DNA from: Macrostomum lignano
Taxonomy: Eukaryota
Reading direction: 5' to 3'
DNA length: 64,000 bases
Assembly (NCBI GenBank): GCA_002269645.1
Contig: NIVC01000228.1
Coordinates: 1 to 64,000 of the forward strand
In this document: positions 62,081 through 64,000 of the stretch, one piece after another
How positions within the stretch are numbered: the first letter of the stretch is position 1
Layout: every line of letters begins with the position of its first letter
Translations under genes and position numbers: made by a program
Notes under the pieces: generated by a model
Told to the model about the DNA's origin: nothing
Databases searched by the model: none
Seen by the model: only the letters and a program-made list of their open reading frames with translations

Positions 62081-62254
62081 TACATTGTTAATTTCGCTGA
62101 TAAAATTTAGATTTCGGCATTCTAGCTTGCTGTAAACAGTTTCTCTACTTACAGTTCAGTAGCAAGAAAGCATGTGTAAGCTATTATTTAAACTAGTTGA
62201 ATATGATAAGCTATTATCGATTCAGTGATAATGATTTACACTTTGCAAACGCAG

Positions 62255-63823
62255 CTACTACAGCATTCTGGATAGCGGAGAGCGCAGCCGCCTGCTGCCG
62301 TACTACACTGAGCAGGCCAAACTGACCCTGTCTACAGCTTCTCCGCCTAGCGCAATGAATCATCACAAATCATTGAACTGCTACATCAGTCTCAGCAGGA
62401 ATCTGAAATACCTGGAGAGCAATCGGAGCAAAGCTGAATCGTTGGTACAGCGTGTCCGCTGTAGAGAAGCTGCCAGCCACCAGTCACCTGTTAAACAGCA
62501 TGCGAGTTGACGTGCCTGTGAACGGCGACAATGCGGCGCTAATCTTTGTTACTGGCCTGTTCATCGAGCTGACGCCCGGTCAAGACGGCGGCGACAGTCA
62601 GGACAAGACTCTGCGCACGTTCAGCCGCACCCTGGTGCTGGTGCCAGTGCCCGGCTCCGAGGCTGGCATGCAGATTCACGCCGACGATTTTTATATCACC
62701 CACGTTAGCCATCAGGTTAGACTTGGATTTGTACAGTTGGTGGAATTAATTCCCTGGGTCTCGGAGCTTTATAGAATTCTCCAAACTTTATGCTCATTGG
62801 AATTCTCCAAACTTTATGCTCATAGGAATTCTCAAAACTTTATGCTCATAGGAATTCTCCAAACTTTGTGCTCATAGGAATTCTCCAAACTTTATGCTCA
62901 TAAGAAATTCTCCAAACTTTATGCTCATAGGAATTCTCCAAACTTTATGCTCATAGGAATTCTCCAAACTTTGTGCTCATTGGAATTCTCCAAACTTTAT
63001 GCTCATAGGAATTCTCCAAACTTTATGCTCATAGGAATTCTCCAAACTTTATGCTCATAGGAATTCTCCAAACTTTATGCTCATAGGAATTCTCCAAACT
63101 TTATGCTCATAGGAATTCTCCAAACTTTATGCTCATAGGAATTCTCCAAACTTTGTGCTCATTGGAATTCTCCAAACTTTATGCTCATAGGAATTCTCCA
63201 AACTTTATGTTCATTGGAATTTCCCATAGCTTATCTACATAGAAATTCCCCATATCTTATCTACATAGAAATTCCCCATATCTTATCTACATAGAAATTC
63301 CCCATATCTTATCTACATAGAAATTCCCCATATCTTATCTACATAGAAATTCCCCATATCTTATCTACATAGAAATTCCCATATCTTATCTACATAGAAA
63401 TTCCCCATAGCTTATCTACATAGAAATTCCCCATATCTTATCTACATAGAAATTCCCCATAGCTTATCTACATAGAAATTCCCCATAGATTGTCCGTTCT
63501 ACAAGTTCCCAATGTCCTATATTTATGGCAACTTTATTTATCGTATTATCTATGGAAATTGCCCGCGACTTCATCGGCTAATCGTCAAAGAAAATCCTCA
63601 TATTGCCTCATATTCGTGTCAACCGCCCCCGCAACCGCAGGGTGCCGAGTGGCTCCTAGAACAGAGAGCCAGCGCGACTACAAGCGCCACCCTTCAGGAG
63701 CTACCGGCCGCGGCCAAAGAGGCCATGGTAACCGAATTCGAATTCGGCTGGGATTTTAAAGTGGCCGCTGAAAATTTCGCCCAGCTAAAAGCTGAAGGCA
63801 AAATCCCACCGGAAGCGTTTTAG
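62255..63823 (+). pseudogene. NXF1: 3' part of a nuclear RNA export factor (NXF1/TAP family) gene: NTF2-like exon 62255-62715 and UBA/TAP-C exon 63641-63823; frameshift and internal deletion
   Basis: YYSILDSGERSRLLPYY...SRNLK, SAVEKLPATSH, FVTGLFIE, LRTFSRTLVLVP, DDFYI, and GWDFKVAAENFAQLKAEGKIPPEAF* match NXF1 motifs; phase-0 GT-AG intron 62716-63640. Confidence 0.85.
62776..63497. repeat. Two abutting 26-bp minisatellites inside the NXF1 intron
   Basis: GGAATTCTCCAAACTTTATGCTCATA (~17 copies) then AGAAATTCCCCATATCTTATCTACAT (~10 copies). Confidence 0.95.
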
Positions 63824-64000
63824 AAGTAACTCGAACTGTTTGACAACTTTGCGACTTTGCGATAAACTAACGAAACAATTAATTTATGGCAATATTTATG
63901 GTGCAGAATTAATAGTACAAGCCACTGATCAATCAAGTCTAAGTTGTGCATAAAACATTGCGGTATGCTTCCCTATTCTACAATTCTTGATTCATCTTAC

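Noticed and set aside
1-64000. rRNA, tRNA and prokaryotic operon features
   Set aside because: None recognisable; isolated GGTTCGAG motifs (7864, ~39560 minus) lack an A-box or cloverleaf

Overview
Eukaryotic (metazoan invertebrate-like) genomic DNA: AT-rich spacers, GC-rich coding islands, GT-AG introns and very dense micro/minisatellites. The style is reminiscent of flatworm genomes such as Macrostomum, but that is inference only. The window is essentially a nested transposon graveyard. Its cleanest element is an apparently intact 3.6-kb Chapaev/Transib/RAG1-like DDE transposon (23398-27007: CACGGTG-ended ~140-bp TIRs, TTCA target duplication, uninterrupted 674-aa ORF). It also holds three EnSpm/CACTA-type elements (11659-17605; ~44200-61200; and 47912-58451 nested in the latter), each with an accessory ORF. 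Other elements are a three-exon zinc-finger + tyrosine-recombinase-like (Crypton-like) gene (19471-23083), remnants of Merlin, mariner and an RTE-type LINE, and several MITEs with target duplications. Orphan, damaged fragments of host genes (KDM3-type JmjC, extended Tudor, NXF1/TAP) and four histone-mRNA-type 3' stem-loops without recognisable histone genes are scattered between them. No rRNA, tRNA or CRISPR features were found. Family assignments rest on motif recognition from memory, not on database searches.
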